Assembly (NCBI GenBank): GCA_965279035.1 | Contig: OZ257142.1 | Span: forward strand, 2,016,001-2,080,000 | Direction: 5' to 3' | DNA: 64,000 nt | Origin: Bacteroidia bacterium | GTDB taxonomy: Bacteria; Bacteroidota; Bacteroidia; M30B66 | Shown here: positions 30,636-39,865 of the stretch, piece after piece | Position numbering within the stretch: position 1 is the first letter of the stretch | Layout of the letters: each line of letters opens with the position of its first letter | Program-made: the position numbers and the translations under genes | The notes under the pieces: generated by a model | The model's database searches: none | What the model was told of the DNA's origin: nothing | What the model saw: only the letters and a program-made list of their open reading frames with translations

Positions 30636-30650
30636 ATGGATTTCATTCGA

Positions 30651-33512
30651 TCAATTCCTCATTTTTATCCAGGGCATTGAAATGAAAGAATCACTATCGG
30701 ATAGCCGAATAAAATAAAATCCGCTGCTTAATTTTTCAGTATTGATACCAATCTTAAATTTCCCATCAATACTATATTGATTAGCATTTAATAGTTTTCC
30801 ATCAATACTTAAAATCTGAATGGTAACATTTCTTGGCTTTTCAGAATTTCCATTGATCACTAGATAATCTATACCTGGATTGGGAGAAATTGACAAATTA
30901 TTTAGTTGTGTTAAATCATGAATGCCAGATTTTATGACAACAACATCCATTGTTGATGTATCACTTCCACACCCATTTTCTACAATCAGACTTACTGGCC
31001 ATGTTGCGTCGTATGGAAAAATATGTGATGGGCTTGAACCTAGATTCGTAAAACCGTCTCCAAAATCCCAAGAATACGTATCTGCTATGGTTGAAACATT
31101 AAATTGAATTTCATACAATGCAATTCCTTCAGAATAAGTGAAAACTGAAGAAGGCGGCTGAATAAATTGTACCGATATAGCATCGGAAGTTCCAGTACAA
31201 CCATGAATATCCTCAGCACTTACCGAATAAAATCCACCCGAATTTATAGTGATTGATTGTCCATTAATTGAATTAGACCAAATATAATTCTGATAACCTG
31301 ATTCAGCTGTTAAGGTAATTGGATCACCTACACAAGCTGTTGGATTTGGAGGGGAAATAGCAATAGTAAATGGAGGAATTTGAGTTACAACTATTGGATC
31401 TGAAAGTAATAAGCAACCATTTGCATCATAAGTTGAAACACTATATGTTCCGCTTGTACCAATGTATTGAGTTTGTCCGTTTCCTGAATTAGACCAATAA
31501 TATTGATTATAACCATCTTCGGCAGTAAATAAAATATACTCACCATTACAGACATCAACCGGTCCTTGAGGACTTACATTTAGATGTCCTGGTAATGGAA
31601 ATTGAACTTGAATATCGAGTAAAGAACTTTCACAGCCATTGATGGTTTGAGAAACATAATAGTGTGTTTGGTTTGTAACACCAGAAGTGGATGGTGCTGG
31701 AATCTGTCCTGTGAAATCAAAATACCATTGCAAGGAATTTCCAGTTACTTGAATATCGTTAAGAGTTGCCGTTTGACAAAGCACTTGTGGCGAAATTCCT
31801 GTTGGAGCAGGTGTTGTATTTCCAATTTCGATATCTGTTGTAGTCGAAAAGCCAGGACAACCATCCAGAGTGTATGTAACAGTATAAATTCCAATTGAGC
31901 TTGTTTGGAGATGAATTTCGCCAGTAATTGGATCGATATCTAAGCCATTGGTTGAGGTAAAAGTCCCCCCACTTGTTCCTATGATACTAGGAATTGGATT
32001 TTGAGAAGATCCAGAACAATACGGAGAGCCTGTATAGTTTATAGTTGCTGTTCCAACAGAAGAGGAGCAACATTGATTGGCTAATGATGAAAATGAGTAG
32101 GTGTTTGAACTATTCCAACAACAATACTGAACCTTTAATGAATACAATGTTCCTCCTAAAGCAGTTGTGAAATAATCAATTACTTGATCAATGGTATTAC
32201 AACCACCTTGGTATTGATCATTGTCACAGGAATAAGCACAAATAATATTGGGATTTCCATTTGCATTACTTAATGCTGCTGGAGGATAATTAATATTCGA
32301 ATAATTGGCAGGAATTGGACCATCAATACTTGTTGAAAAAACACCTTGTCCGCAGTGATCGTGGTTGGTATCTGGAAAACCTGCACGAATCACTTGTGTT
32401 ACATTGCTTGCATAGGTTCCAGTTATATGAATTATGACTGGTTCATAGCTCAATACTCCAATTTTTACATTGGGAATATTTTGATCCATATTGATATTTA
32501 ATATTCCTCCGTCATAATTGGCAAATAGCAACATATTTCCACTTGGGTCGCAAGATGGCTGACTTGATGATTGTATATTTACAGTTGTTGTGGTAGAGAA
32601 ATTATTACACGAAGCATCTAATGTATAAGTAACCGTATACAAACTTGGTGTGCTACTCGATGGTGTAATTGCACCTGTTGAAGAATCGATAGTCAATCCT
32701 GCTTCAGCACTAAAAATACCTGAAGTATTTCCTGTAATATTTACATTTTGTGGACTTGATATCCCCGTACTGTAGCTACTTTGATCATACGATATGGTAG
32801 CTTCACACTCGTTTATAGCAATATCACAGATGTTTTGCCATATAGAATCAACTTGTGTACTCGTTAATAATTCAGAACTAATTGAGGCATATTTAATACA
32901 ACCCGCTTTACTTTCACAGGTAACAACATTGTCGTCTCGGAAAAATATAATGGGTGTTGAAGAACTTGCAGGACGATATAAATTCCCTGAATCGGTGTAG
33001 GATCCAAACAAAGTCCCATTTACATAAATGGAGATTAAATTGGAATTTCCATCACGAACAAACGTAAATAAATAATACAAATCGGGTTGAAAAAAAGGGC
33101 ATGTACCAATATTGCCATTTGGATAAAAATTTAGGCAATTATTTAAGAGATATATTCCAGCATCTGCTGTACTATTCGAAAAATCAATAATTCTTGAATA
33201 TCCAGTTAAGCTAGAAAATTTAAAGAAAAGGTTAATGCTATATTGATTTGTAATGGAGGTATTTGGATAACTTAATCCTCCTCCGGCATTAAAACAAAAT
33301 GCTGTTGCAGTTGTGCATAATCCATCGGATGTTGTTATATCTCCTTCGCTAAAACCACCCGAAACAGCTGTACAAGAGAGGACTTCATTTAATGGAAGCC
33401 CAGTTCCTGTTGGATTAAAATTAGAATTGAAGAAAAATTCGGATTGAGAATTTAAAATTCCACCTAGGAAGACCAAGAAAATAATTAGGAACTGTTTTAA
33501 CATAACAAGCAT
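30651..33512 (-). CDS. T9SS type A cargo protein with LamG-like, Cys-rich, Ig-like and PKD domains
   Basis: Signal peptide; LamG-like YYLFTFVRDG..IYVNG; PKD YSWDFGDG..SPSHIF; CTD ISPNP..LSSGFYFIRL. Confidence 0.85.
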   Translation of the reverse strand: MLVMLKQFLIIFLVFLGGILNSQSEFFFNSNFNPTGTGLPLNEVLSCTAVSGGFSEGDITTSDGLCTTATAFCFNAGGGLSYPNTSITNQYSINLFFKFSSLTGYSRIIDFSNSTADAGIYLLNNCLNFYPNGNIGTCPFFQPDLYYLFTFVRDGNSNLISIYVNGTLFGSYTDSGNLYRPASSSTPIIFFRDDNVVTCESKAGCIKYASISSELLTSTQVDSIWQNICDIAINECEATISYDQSSYSTGISSPQNVNITGNTSGIFSAEAGLTIDSSTGAITPSSSTPSLYTVTYTLDASCNNFSTTTTVNIQSSSQPSCDPSGNMLLFANYDGGILNINMDQNIPNVKIGVLSYEPVIIHITGTYASNVTQVIRAGFPDTNHDHCGQGVFSTSIDGPIPANYSNINYPPAALSNANGNPNIICAYSCDNDQYQGGCNTIDQVIDYFTTALGGTLYSLKVQYCCWNSSNTYSFSSLANQCCSSSVGTATINYTGSPYCSGSSQNPIPSIIGTSGGTFTSTNGLDIDPITGEIHLQTSSIGIYTVTYTLDGCPGFSTTTDIEIGNTTPAPTGISPQVLCQTATLNDIQVTGNSLQWYFDFTGQIPAPSTSGVTNQTHYYVSQTINGCESSLLDIQVQFPLPGHLNVSPQGPVDVCNGEYILFTAEDGYNQYYWSNSGNGQTQYIGTSGTYSVSTYDANGCLLLSDPIVVTQIPPFTIAISPPNPTACVGDPITLTAESGYQNYIWSNSINGQSITINSGGFYSVSAEDIHGCTGTSDAISVQFIQPPSSVFTYSEGIALYEIQFNVSTIADTYSWDFGDGFTNLGSSPSHIFPYDATWPVSLIVENGCGSDTSTMDVVVIKSGIHDLTQLNNLSISPNPGIDYLVINGNSEKPRNVTIQILSIDGKLLNANQYSIDGKFKIGINTEKLSSGFYFIRLSDSDSFISMPWIKMRN

Positions 33513-33682
33513 GTATTATCTGCTAAAACTAATAAAAAAATAGCAATTGTATTATTTCACTTGTTAATTGAGATTGAAATGAAATTGAAAATTATTATCA
33601 TAAAATCCACCTTAATAAATTGTAATTCATCAATTTATTTTAATTCAAATTATCGACTTTATTTGTAATTAAAATTAAGTAG

Positions 33683-34585
33683 ATGAAAATCATTAGTAAA
33701 TCAGGTTTTAAAAGCGAATCTGGATTTCAAGAATATTCAAACTGGGTTCAAAAAGTAGCTGAACAAAATGGAATTCAGTATGAACTCATCACCATCCAAA
33801 CTTCACTTGGTTCAACGCAAGTATATATTCGTCCATCCTCTGCAAAAGAAACACTTGTTATTTTTCCAGGGTTCAGAACTTCATCTTTGTTTTGGGATTT
33901 GGATAATGGCTTAAGTGAATTGAGTAAATATTTTAAAATATATCTTGTTGAAACCAATGGACAACCCAATGGGAGCGATGGAAATACACCATCTATAAAA
34001 AGTTTGGATTATGGTTATTGGGCGAAAGAAGTTTTAATCGGATTATCTATTCAAAAAACATCCATTGCAGGTGCTTCATTTGGTGGAACGGTTGCTCTGA
34101 AATTAAGTACTGTTGCTCCCGAAATGATAGACAAAGTCTTTTTATTGAATCCGGGATGTTTACAAAATTTCTCCATGAATTGGACGAATTTGAAATTCAA
34201 TTTGCTTCCAATCATTTCTCCCAGTCGAAAAAATATTGAACGATTTTTAAATGAAATTGTATTTCATCCACCCATACATACTCTATCTCCAAAATCATTT
34301 GAAATTATTGTAGAATACCAACTAATGGCTTTGAAATCTTGGAAAGATAAAGCTCAAAAGCCTTATGGATTTTCTAAAATCGAATTAAATGCAGTAAGTT
34401 CTGATGTATATTTATTGGAAGGTGAAAATGATTTGTTATTTCCTTACGAAAAGTCTATACACATTGCCAAAGAAAATCTACCCAATTTAATAGATTACAA
34501 AATGCTGCCTTCTACAGGTCATGGAATAGAATGTTCTTCCATAGCTATGAAGCAAATATTAGATTGGTTAAATCCTAATTATTAA
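33683..34585 (+). CDS. Alpha/beta fold hydrolase
   Basis: Nucleophile elbow GASFG, acid at GENDLLF, His at TGHG. Confidence 0.88.
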   Translation: MKIISKSGFKSESGFQEYSNWVQKVAEQNGIQYELITIQTSLGSTQVYIRPSSAKETLVIFPGFRTSSLFWDLDNGLSELSKYFKIYLVETNGQPNGSDGNTPSIKSLDYGYWAKEVLIGLSIQKTSIAGASFGGTVALKLSTVAPEMIDKVFLLNPGCLQNFSMNWTNLKFNLLPIISPSRKNIERFLNEIVFHPPIHTLSPKSFEIIVEYQLMALKSWKDKAQKPYGFSKIELNAVSSDVYLLEGENDLLFPYEKSIHIAKENLPNLIDYKMLPSTGHGIECSSIAMKQILDWLNPNY

Positions 34586-34629
34586 ATAAGCCGTTCCCGT
34601 ATTCCTTTCAAGATTGAAGACCTTTCTTA

Positions 34630-34637
34630 TACATTTG
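34630..34637 (+). promoter_or_regulatory. -7 promoter box TACATTTG for the efflux operon
   Basis: Exact TAnnTTTG 38 nt before ATG 34676. Confidence 0.6.
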
Positions 34638-34675
34638 ACACGAAAGTGCAATTTTCTGCGTTTTCATTTTTTTCT

Positions 34676-36073
34676 ATGAAGCCAAAACTCCTTAGTCGAC
34701 CTTTCATTATTGTGTATTGTATTGTCCTATTTTTTGCTGGATGGGTACTATTGAGTGCTGAAAATTCTAGTAAAAAGGAACAAATCTTTGCAGATGTTAA
34801 ATCGGGAGATTTCATTATTTCCGTTACTACAACTGGTGAAATAAGAGCAAAAACTCAAACAGATATTGATGCTCCCGGTCCCGAAATGCGCGAAGCTGGA
34901 TTATGGAATGGAACTAAAATCGAAGATCTCGTTGCCGAAGGCACAGTAGTAAAAGCTGGTGAATTTGTTGCTTCGCTCGACAAATCTGCCTTGATGACAA
35001 AGCTTCAAGAAGTTAGTTTGGAATTTGACAAAAAGAACTCTGAATTAAAACAAGCTCGTTTAGATACTTCGATCACACTTCGTGATGCACGAGACGAATT
35101 ATTAAATCTAAAATCGGCCAAAGAAGAAGCACGTTTGGAATTGGAACAAAGTGCCTATGAAGCTCCTGCGATCCAGCGACAAAAACAATTATCACTCGAA
35201 AAAGCGGATCGAAATTATATACAAAAACTGGATAATTATAAAACCAAAGTGGAGCAATCAGCCACCAAAGTTGCTATTATTTATGCCGATATGCAAAAAG
35301 CCCAAAATAGCTTGGAGCGTGTAAATGCACTCATGCAAAAAATGATTATTACTGCACCGAAAGATGGGATGGTTATTTATGTAAAGAATTGGAATGGGAA
35401 AAAGAAAGGTGTTGGAAGCACCGTTAGTCCTTGGGAATCGGCAGTTGCAACATTACCCGATTTGCGCGAAATGCAAGTACTCACTTATGTGAATGAAGTT
35501 GATATTCGAAAAATCAAAGTAGGACAAGCTGTCTCTATTCAATTAGATGCAGAACCTGGGAAAAAATTAAAAGGTGTTGTTATACAAGTGGCCAATATTG
35601 GAGAACAAAGACCAAATCAAGATTCCAAAGTATTTGAAGTTATTATTGATGTTCTCACCAAAGATTCTGATTTACGACCTTCGATGACTACAAGCAATGT
35701 GATTCAAATTGAAGAATATCACCAAGTATTATCCGTTCCACTTGAAGCGATAACAACAGAAAAAAAACGCTCTTATGCTTGGGTAAAAGACGGCAATGGT
35801 TTCATAAAACAGGAAGTAAAAGTGGCTGCTGTCAATGATATGGACGCTATGGTATATGCAGGTTTGAAGAAAGAACAAAAAGTGTATTTGAGCACACCTG
35901 AAGATACAAGTGGTGTTGAACACTTAAAAACAGATTCTACACTCAAAATTCCTAAACCGTATATTGATTTAAAAGAACAAGCAATATTAAACGAACATCT
36001 CAAGAAAAATGAACCAATGATTCAACGAGATAAAGCAAATGAAGGTGGAGAAATGATTATTATTTCAGAATAA
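34676..36073 (+). CDS. Efflux periplasmic adaptor subunit (MacA/HlyD-like)
   Basis: N-terminal TM anchor, lipoyl halves (VAEGTVVKAGE, ITAPKDGMV), coiled coil, VNEVDIRKIKVGQ, LRPSMT. ATG 34676 preferred over GTG 34646. Confidence 0.9.
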   Translation: MKPKLLSRPFIIVYCIVLFFAGWVLLSAENSSKKEQIFADVKSGDFIISVTTTGEIRAKTQTDIDAPGPEMREAGLWNGTKIEDLVAEGTVVKAGEFVASLDKSALMTKLQEVSLEFDKKNSELKQARLDTSITLRDARDELLNLKSAKEEARLELEQSAYEAPAIQRQKQLSLEKADRNYIQKLDNYKTKVEQSATKVAIIYADMQKAQNSLERVNALMQKMIITAPKDGMVIYVKNWNGKKKGVGSTVSPWESAVATLPDLREMQVLTYVNEVDIRKIKVGQAVSIQLDAEPGKKLKGVVIQVANIGEQRPNQDSKVFEVIIDVLTKDSDLRPSMTTSNVIQIEEYHQVLSVPLEAITTEKKRSYAWVKDGNGFIKQEVKVAAVNDMDAMVYAGLKKEQKVYLSTPEDTSGVEHLKTDSTLKIPKPYIDLKEQAILNEHLKKNEPMIQRDKANEGGEMIIISE

Positions 36074-36077
36074 ATAA

Positions 36078-37427
36078 ATGGAGTTTGAACGATTTATTTT
36101 CAATTTTAAAATTGGAGCAGAAGCTTTAATTGCCAATCGCTTCAGAGCGATTCTCACCTCCTTGGGTATTATTTTCGGAGTAGCTGCAGTCATTGCTATG
36201 TTGGCAATTGGTGCTGGTACAGAAAAAGAAATCATAGAGCAAATCAAACAAATTGGTTCAAATAATATTGTCATTAAATCACGTATCGAAAAAAAGAAAA
36301 CAATTGAAGATGATCCTGCAATTCAAGTCAAACAAGAAAGCGGGAAATTCAGTCCAGGACTCAGTTTAGCGGATGCTGATAATATTCAAAAAAGCATTCC
36401 CGATATTCAATTTATAAGTCCTGAGATTGAATCCGAAATGTCGTTTTATACAGAAGGATTAATTACTTCAGGCAATTTAATTGGAATTACTAATCGTTAT
36501 TTCGAAACCAATAATTTGCAAATCAATCAGGGATTTGCTTTTTCGAATGATCAACTTAAAAATGCAGCATCTGTTTGTATTATCGGCAGAGGAATTAAAG
36601 CTAAATTATTCTCTAAAACAGAACCTATTGGACAAAGACTTAAATGTGGTGGTGTTTGGCTTACTGTTATTGGTGTTTTAGAGAATCGAGATGTATCACA
36701 ATCAGCAGCACAAAAATTATCCATCCGTAATGTAAATTCTGAGGTTTATATTCCTGTAGAAACTATGTTGATGCGATTTTATAATCGATCGAATGTAACA
36801 GTAGCAGATATAAAATTGGCCAATGAACAATCGGAAGATGATGAAGCAATCAAACCAGATACTAAAGAAGAAAACTATCATCAAATTGATCGGATGATTG
36901 TAAATGTGAAAGACAGCAAACACATCGAGGCGACTGTTGAATTGATAGAGAAAATTCTACGAAGACGTCACAACGAAGTTGATGATTACGAGATTGTTGT
37001 TCCTGAACTCTTACTTAAACAAGAACAAAGAACACGTAAGCTCTTTAATATCGTTTTAGCTGTTATTGCTGGAATTTCTTTATTGGTTGGCGGAATAGGA
37101 ATTATGAATATCATGTTGGCTTCTGTTCTCGAAAGAACCAAAGAAATAGGACTTCGTCTTTCCATTGGAGCAAGACGAAAAGACATTGTCTTTCAATTTA
37201 TTGCAGAAGCAATTATGATCAGTTTAAGTGGAGGATTGTTGGGAATTATACTCGGTATCGTCATTAGTATATTGATTGAAAAACTTGCTGGAATTCAAAC
37301 AATTATTTCGGGTGCTTCGGTCATGCTTTCTTTTATTGTGTCGGTATCGGTTGGATTATTATTCGGGATATTTCCAGCTAAACGTGCCTCAGAACAAAGT
37401 CCAATGGAATCTTTACGTTATGAATAG
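36078..37427 (+). CDS. ABC transporter permease, MacB/FtsX-like (no ATPase domain)
   Basis: LTSLGIIFGVAAVIAM, ISLLVGGIGIMNIMLASVLERTKEIGLR..GA, FGIFPAKRAS..P.ESLRYE. Confidence 0.93.
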   Translation: MEFERFIFNFKIGAEALIANRFRAILTSLGIIFGVAAVIAMLAIGAGTEKEIIEQIKQIGSNNIVIKSRIEKKKTIEDDPAIQVKQESGKFSPGLSLADADNIQKSIPDIQFISPEIESEMSFYTEGLITSGNLIGITNRYFETNNLQINQGFAFSNDQLKNAASVCIIGRGIKAKLFSKTEPIGQRLKCGGVWLTVIGVLENRDVSQSAAQKLSIRNVNSEVYIPVETMLMRFYNRSNVTVADIKLANEQSEDDEAIKPDTKEENYHQIDRMIVNVKDSKHIEATVELIEKILRRRHNEVDDYEIVVPELLLKQEQRTRKLFNIVLAVIAGISLLVGGIGIMNIMLASVLERTKEIGLRLSIGARRKDIVFQFIAEAIMISLSGGLLGIILGIVISILIEKLAGIQTIISGASVMLSFIVSVSVGLLFGIFPAKRASEQSPMESLRYE

Positions 37428-38874
37428 AATACACCTGCTTTACCTATTTTTATTGATAACAAATAGCATTTCTGCTCAACAAATTCTGACATTAAAGGAA
37501 GCTATTCGTTTGGGGCAAGAAAGCAGTCCTGTAGGAAAACAAATTCGTGCTTCATACAAAAGCAATCGCTGGCAATTTAAAGCAGCTCAAGCAAGTCGGT
37601 TGCCACAGCTAAATTTAACAGGTTCTGCACCGGGTTACACTCGAAGAATAAATCAAGTATTTCAACCCGATGGTTCTTTCGTATTTGCTCCTGTTCAGCA
37701 AGCATATTCGAGCGGAAATCTTTCTATCAGCCAAAATATTTTAGCAACGGGTGGTACATTAAGTATTGGAAGTGGTTTTAGTAGAGGAGATATTTTCAGT
37801 GGAATCAACTCTACTTTTTACCAATCTAACCCTTTAGCAATCAACCTTTCACAACCACTGCTTCGATTTAATTCGATGAAATGGCAATGGAAACAAAATC
37901 AACTTCAAATGCACATGGCATCTCGGCAACAAGTCGAAAGCCTTGAAGACCTTTCAATTTCTATTACTCAACGCTATTTTGATTTATATACTGCATTATT
38001 ACAATTAAAAAATGCCGAATTGAATCAAGCTATAAACGACACCATTTATAAAATTGCTAAAGGAAGATATGGAGTAGGGAAAATAGCTGAAAATGAATTG
38101 CTTCAAGTAGAACTTAGTTTTACAAACGCCCGAAATGCAGTTGAAAAACAAAAGTTAAATATTGTTTTAGCAGAGAGACAATTAGAATTACTCATTGGCC
38201 GTCCTGTAAAAAGCAACGAAGTAAGCCCACCCATTGAAATTCCTGATATCCAACCCGAACCTAGCAAAGCTGTTTCTGAAGCAAAGAATAATCGAAGCGA
38301 CCTTATAGGTTGGAAAATGAATGAAAATCAAGCTCAACGTGCCTATCGTGAAGCTCAATTAAGTAGACGTTTGTCGGCCGATATGAATATTAGTTATGGG
38401 TTGAATCAAACGGGCGCAACATTCGATGCATCAACTAAAAATCCTCTAGAATCGCAGTTTGCTGGAATTAACTTTTCCATTCCTATTGCTTCTATGGGAA
38501 TGAATCGAGCACAACAAAAATCAGCTCAATACAATTTAGAAGCGCAACACGAGCAAAACGCCAATAATTTAAATAATCTCGAAATGGAAGTTTTTGCTTC
38601 TGCTCTCCAGTTTAGTCAATTACGTTCGAGTCTTCACATTTCTTCCATTGCAGATACAATCGCCCAAAAACGCTACGAAGTTGCTCGAAATAGATATCGT
38701 ATTGGAACAGTCGATATAACGAATCTCTTAATTGCTCAAAACGAAAAAGATCAGGCACTTATTACCTATGTGAGCACCCTTAGAGATTTTTGGATTGCCT
38801 ATTATCGACTTCGTCGTCTTACATTATTTGATTTTGAGAAAAACGAACGACTCTATTCTGATACTATTCAATAG
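37420..38874 (+). CDS. TolC family outer membrane efflux protein
   Basis: Signal peptide MNRIHLLYLFLLITNSISA|Q from ATG 37420 (overlaps permease stop); LTLKEAI, RYGVGKIAENELLQ, RYRIGTVDITNLLIAQ. Confidence 0.9.
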   Translation: MNRIHLLYLFLLITNSISAQQILTLKEAIRLGQESSPVGKQIRASYKSNRWQFKAAQASRLPQLNLTGSAPGYTRRINQVFQPDGSFVFAPVQQAYSSGNLSISQNILATGGTLSIGSGFSRGDIFSGINSTFYQSNPLAINLSQPLLRFNSMKWQWKQNQLQMHMASRQQVESLEDLSISITQRYFDLYTALLQLKNAELNQAINDTIYKIAKGRYGVGKIAENELLQVELSFTNARNAVEKQKLNIVLAERQLELLIGRPVKSNEVSPPIEIPDIQPEPSKAVSEAKNNRSDLIGWKMNENQAQRAYREAQLSRRLSADMNISYGLNQTGATFDASTKNPLESQFAGINFSIPIASMGMNRAQQKSAQYNLEAQHEQNANNLNNLEMEVFASALQFSQLRSSLHISSIADTIAQKRYEVARNRYRIGTVDITNLLIAQNEKDQALITYVSTLRDFWIAYYRLRRLTLFDFEKNERLYSDTIQ

Positions 38875-38926
38875 TCTTTCATAGCCCTCATTTTTCACTC
38901 CATTTTTTAATATTATTTTCCTCTGT

Positions 38927-38954
38927 CTTGAAATCGCATTTTGCGACTTCAAGT
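38927..38954. promoter_or_regulatory. Palindromic site CTTGAAATCGCA-TTT-TGCGACTTCAAG(T) upstream of the ORF6N gene
   Basis: 11/12 inverted repeat; 25/28 identical to the in-gene palindrome at 39362-39389. Function inferred only. Confidence 0.55.
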
Positions 38955-39176
38955 TATATTAACCTTGATATTGTTGAGTTTCATAGATTTTAATTCTTTT
39001 TTTAATTTTCAAATCCTTTAATTTAATCGTCATAACAACCATGCCCTATTTTTCACTCTTTATTTTTACTTCAATTTACTTTTAAATACTATTATCCGTT
39101 TTAAACGTATATACATGTTTAAACACATGTTATTTCAAAATCTGTTTATTAGAATTGTTCTCTTAAATAATAGATT

Positions 39177-39734
39177 ATGGAAGATGAACAATCAATTGAA
39201 AATAAAATATTTTTCATTCGTAACCAACGGGTTATGTTAGATAGTGATTTGGCTATCATTTATGGTGTAGAAACACGAAGACTTAACGAACAATTTAAAC
39301 GCAATGAATCTAGATTTCCACGTGATTTTGCATTTCGTTTAACACCAGCCGAATGGCTCAACTTGAAATCGCAAATTGCGACATCAAGTGCTGAACAGCC
39401 CTATATTACTGATAGTACAGAAGATTTGAGTTCTCAAGAATGGGGCGGAAGACGCAAGATGCCCATTGTTTTTACAGAGCATGGTTCTGTAATGCTTGCC
39501 AGTGTTTTAAATAGCTCTAACGCAGTTGAAGCAAGCATATTTGTAGTCAGAGCATTTATACGTTTTCGTCATATGTTCAATACCCAAGATCAATTAGCCA
39601 ACAAAATACTTCAATTGGAAGAAAAATTTGATGGACAATTCAATGTGGTATTCGATGCTTTAAAAAACTTATTTGAACATCCTCCTTTGCCTAAATCACG
39701 TCAAAGAATAGGATATAAGAAAGATCAAGTTTAA
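39177..39734 (+). CDS. ORF6N (KilA-N-like) DNA-binding domain protein
   Basis: IRNQRVMLDSDLA.IYGVETRRLNEQ.KRN..RFP.DF.F.LT..EW..LKSQIATSS...WGGRR..P..FTEHG..MLASVLNS..A; C-terminal RIGY. Confidence 0.92.
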   Translation: MEDEQSIENKIFFIRNQRVMLDSDLAIIYGVETRRLNEQFKRNESRFPRDFAFRLTPAEWLNLKSQIATSSAEQPYITDSTEDLSSQEWGGRRKMPIVFTEHGSVMLASVLNSSNAVEASIFVVRAFIRFRHMFNTQDQLANKILQLEEKFDGQFNVVFDALKNLFEHPPLPKSRQRIGYKKDQV

Positions 39735-39834
39735 ATTTTCACTTGCTTATTTGCAGATAATCAAGCTACAACAATAAAAAAGTATCATTCATTCATATTT
39801 TACAAACATTCGATTTTCCAACACTCAAACCGAC

Positions 39835-39842
39835 TACTTTTG
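39835..39842 (+). promoter_or_regulatory. -7 promoter box TACTTTTG for carB
   Basis: Exact TAnnTTTG 23 nt before ATG 39866. Confidence 0.65.
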
Positions 39843-39865
39843 CTCTCCGGTTAAACCGGTACCCC

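Noticed and set aside
37276-37419. N-terminal extension of TolC given by the ORF track
   Set aside because: It overlaps the permease by ~150 nt; the signal peptide begins at ATG 37420. Similar extensions of dnaE, the adaptor and the 4-TM gene were trimmed.
39177-39734. Prophage around ORF6N
   Set aside because: No integrase, structural or replication phage genes nearby; flanked by tolC and carB.
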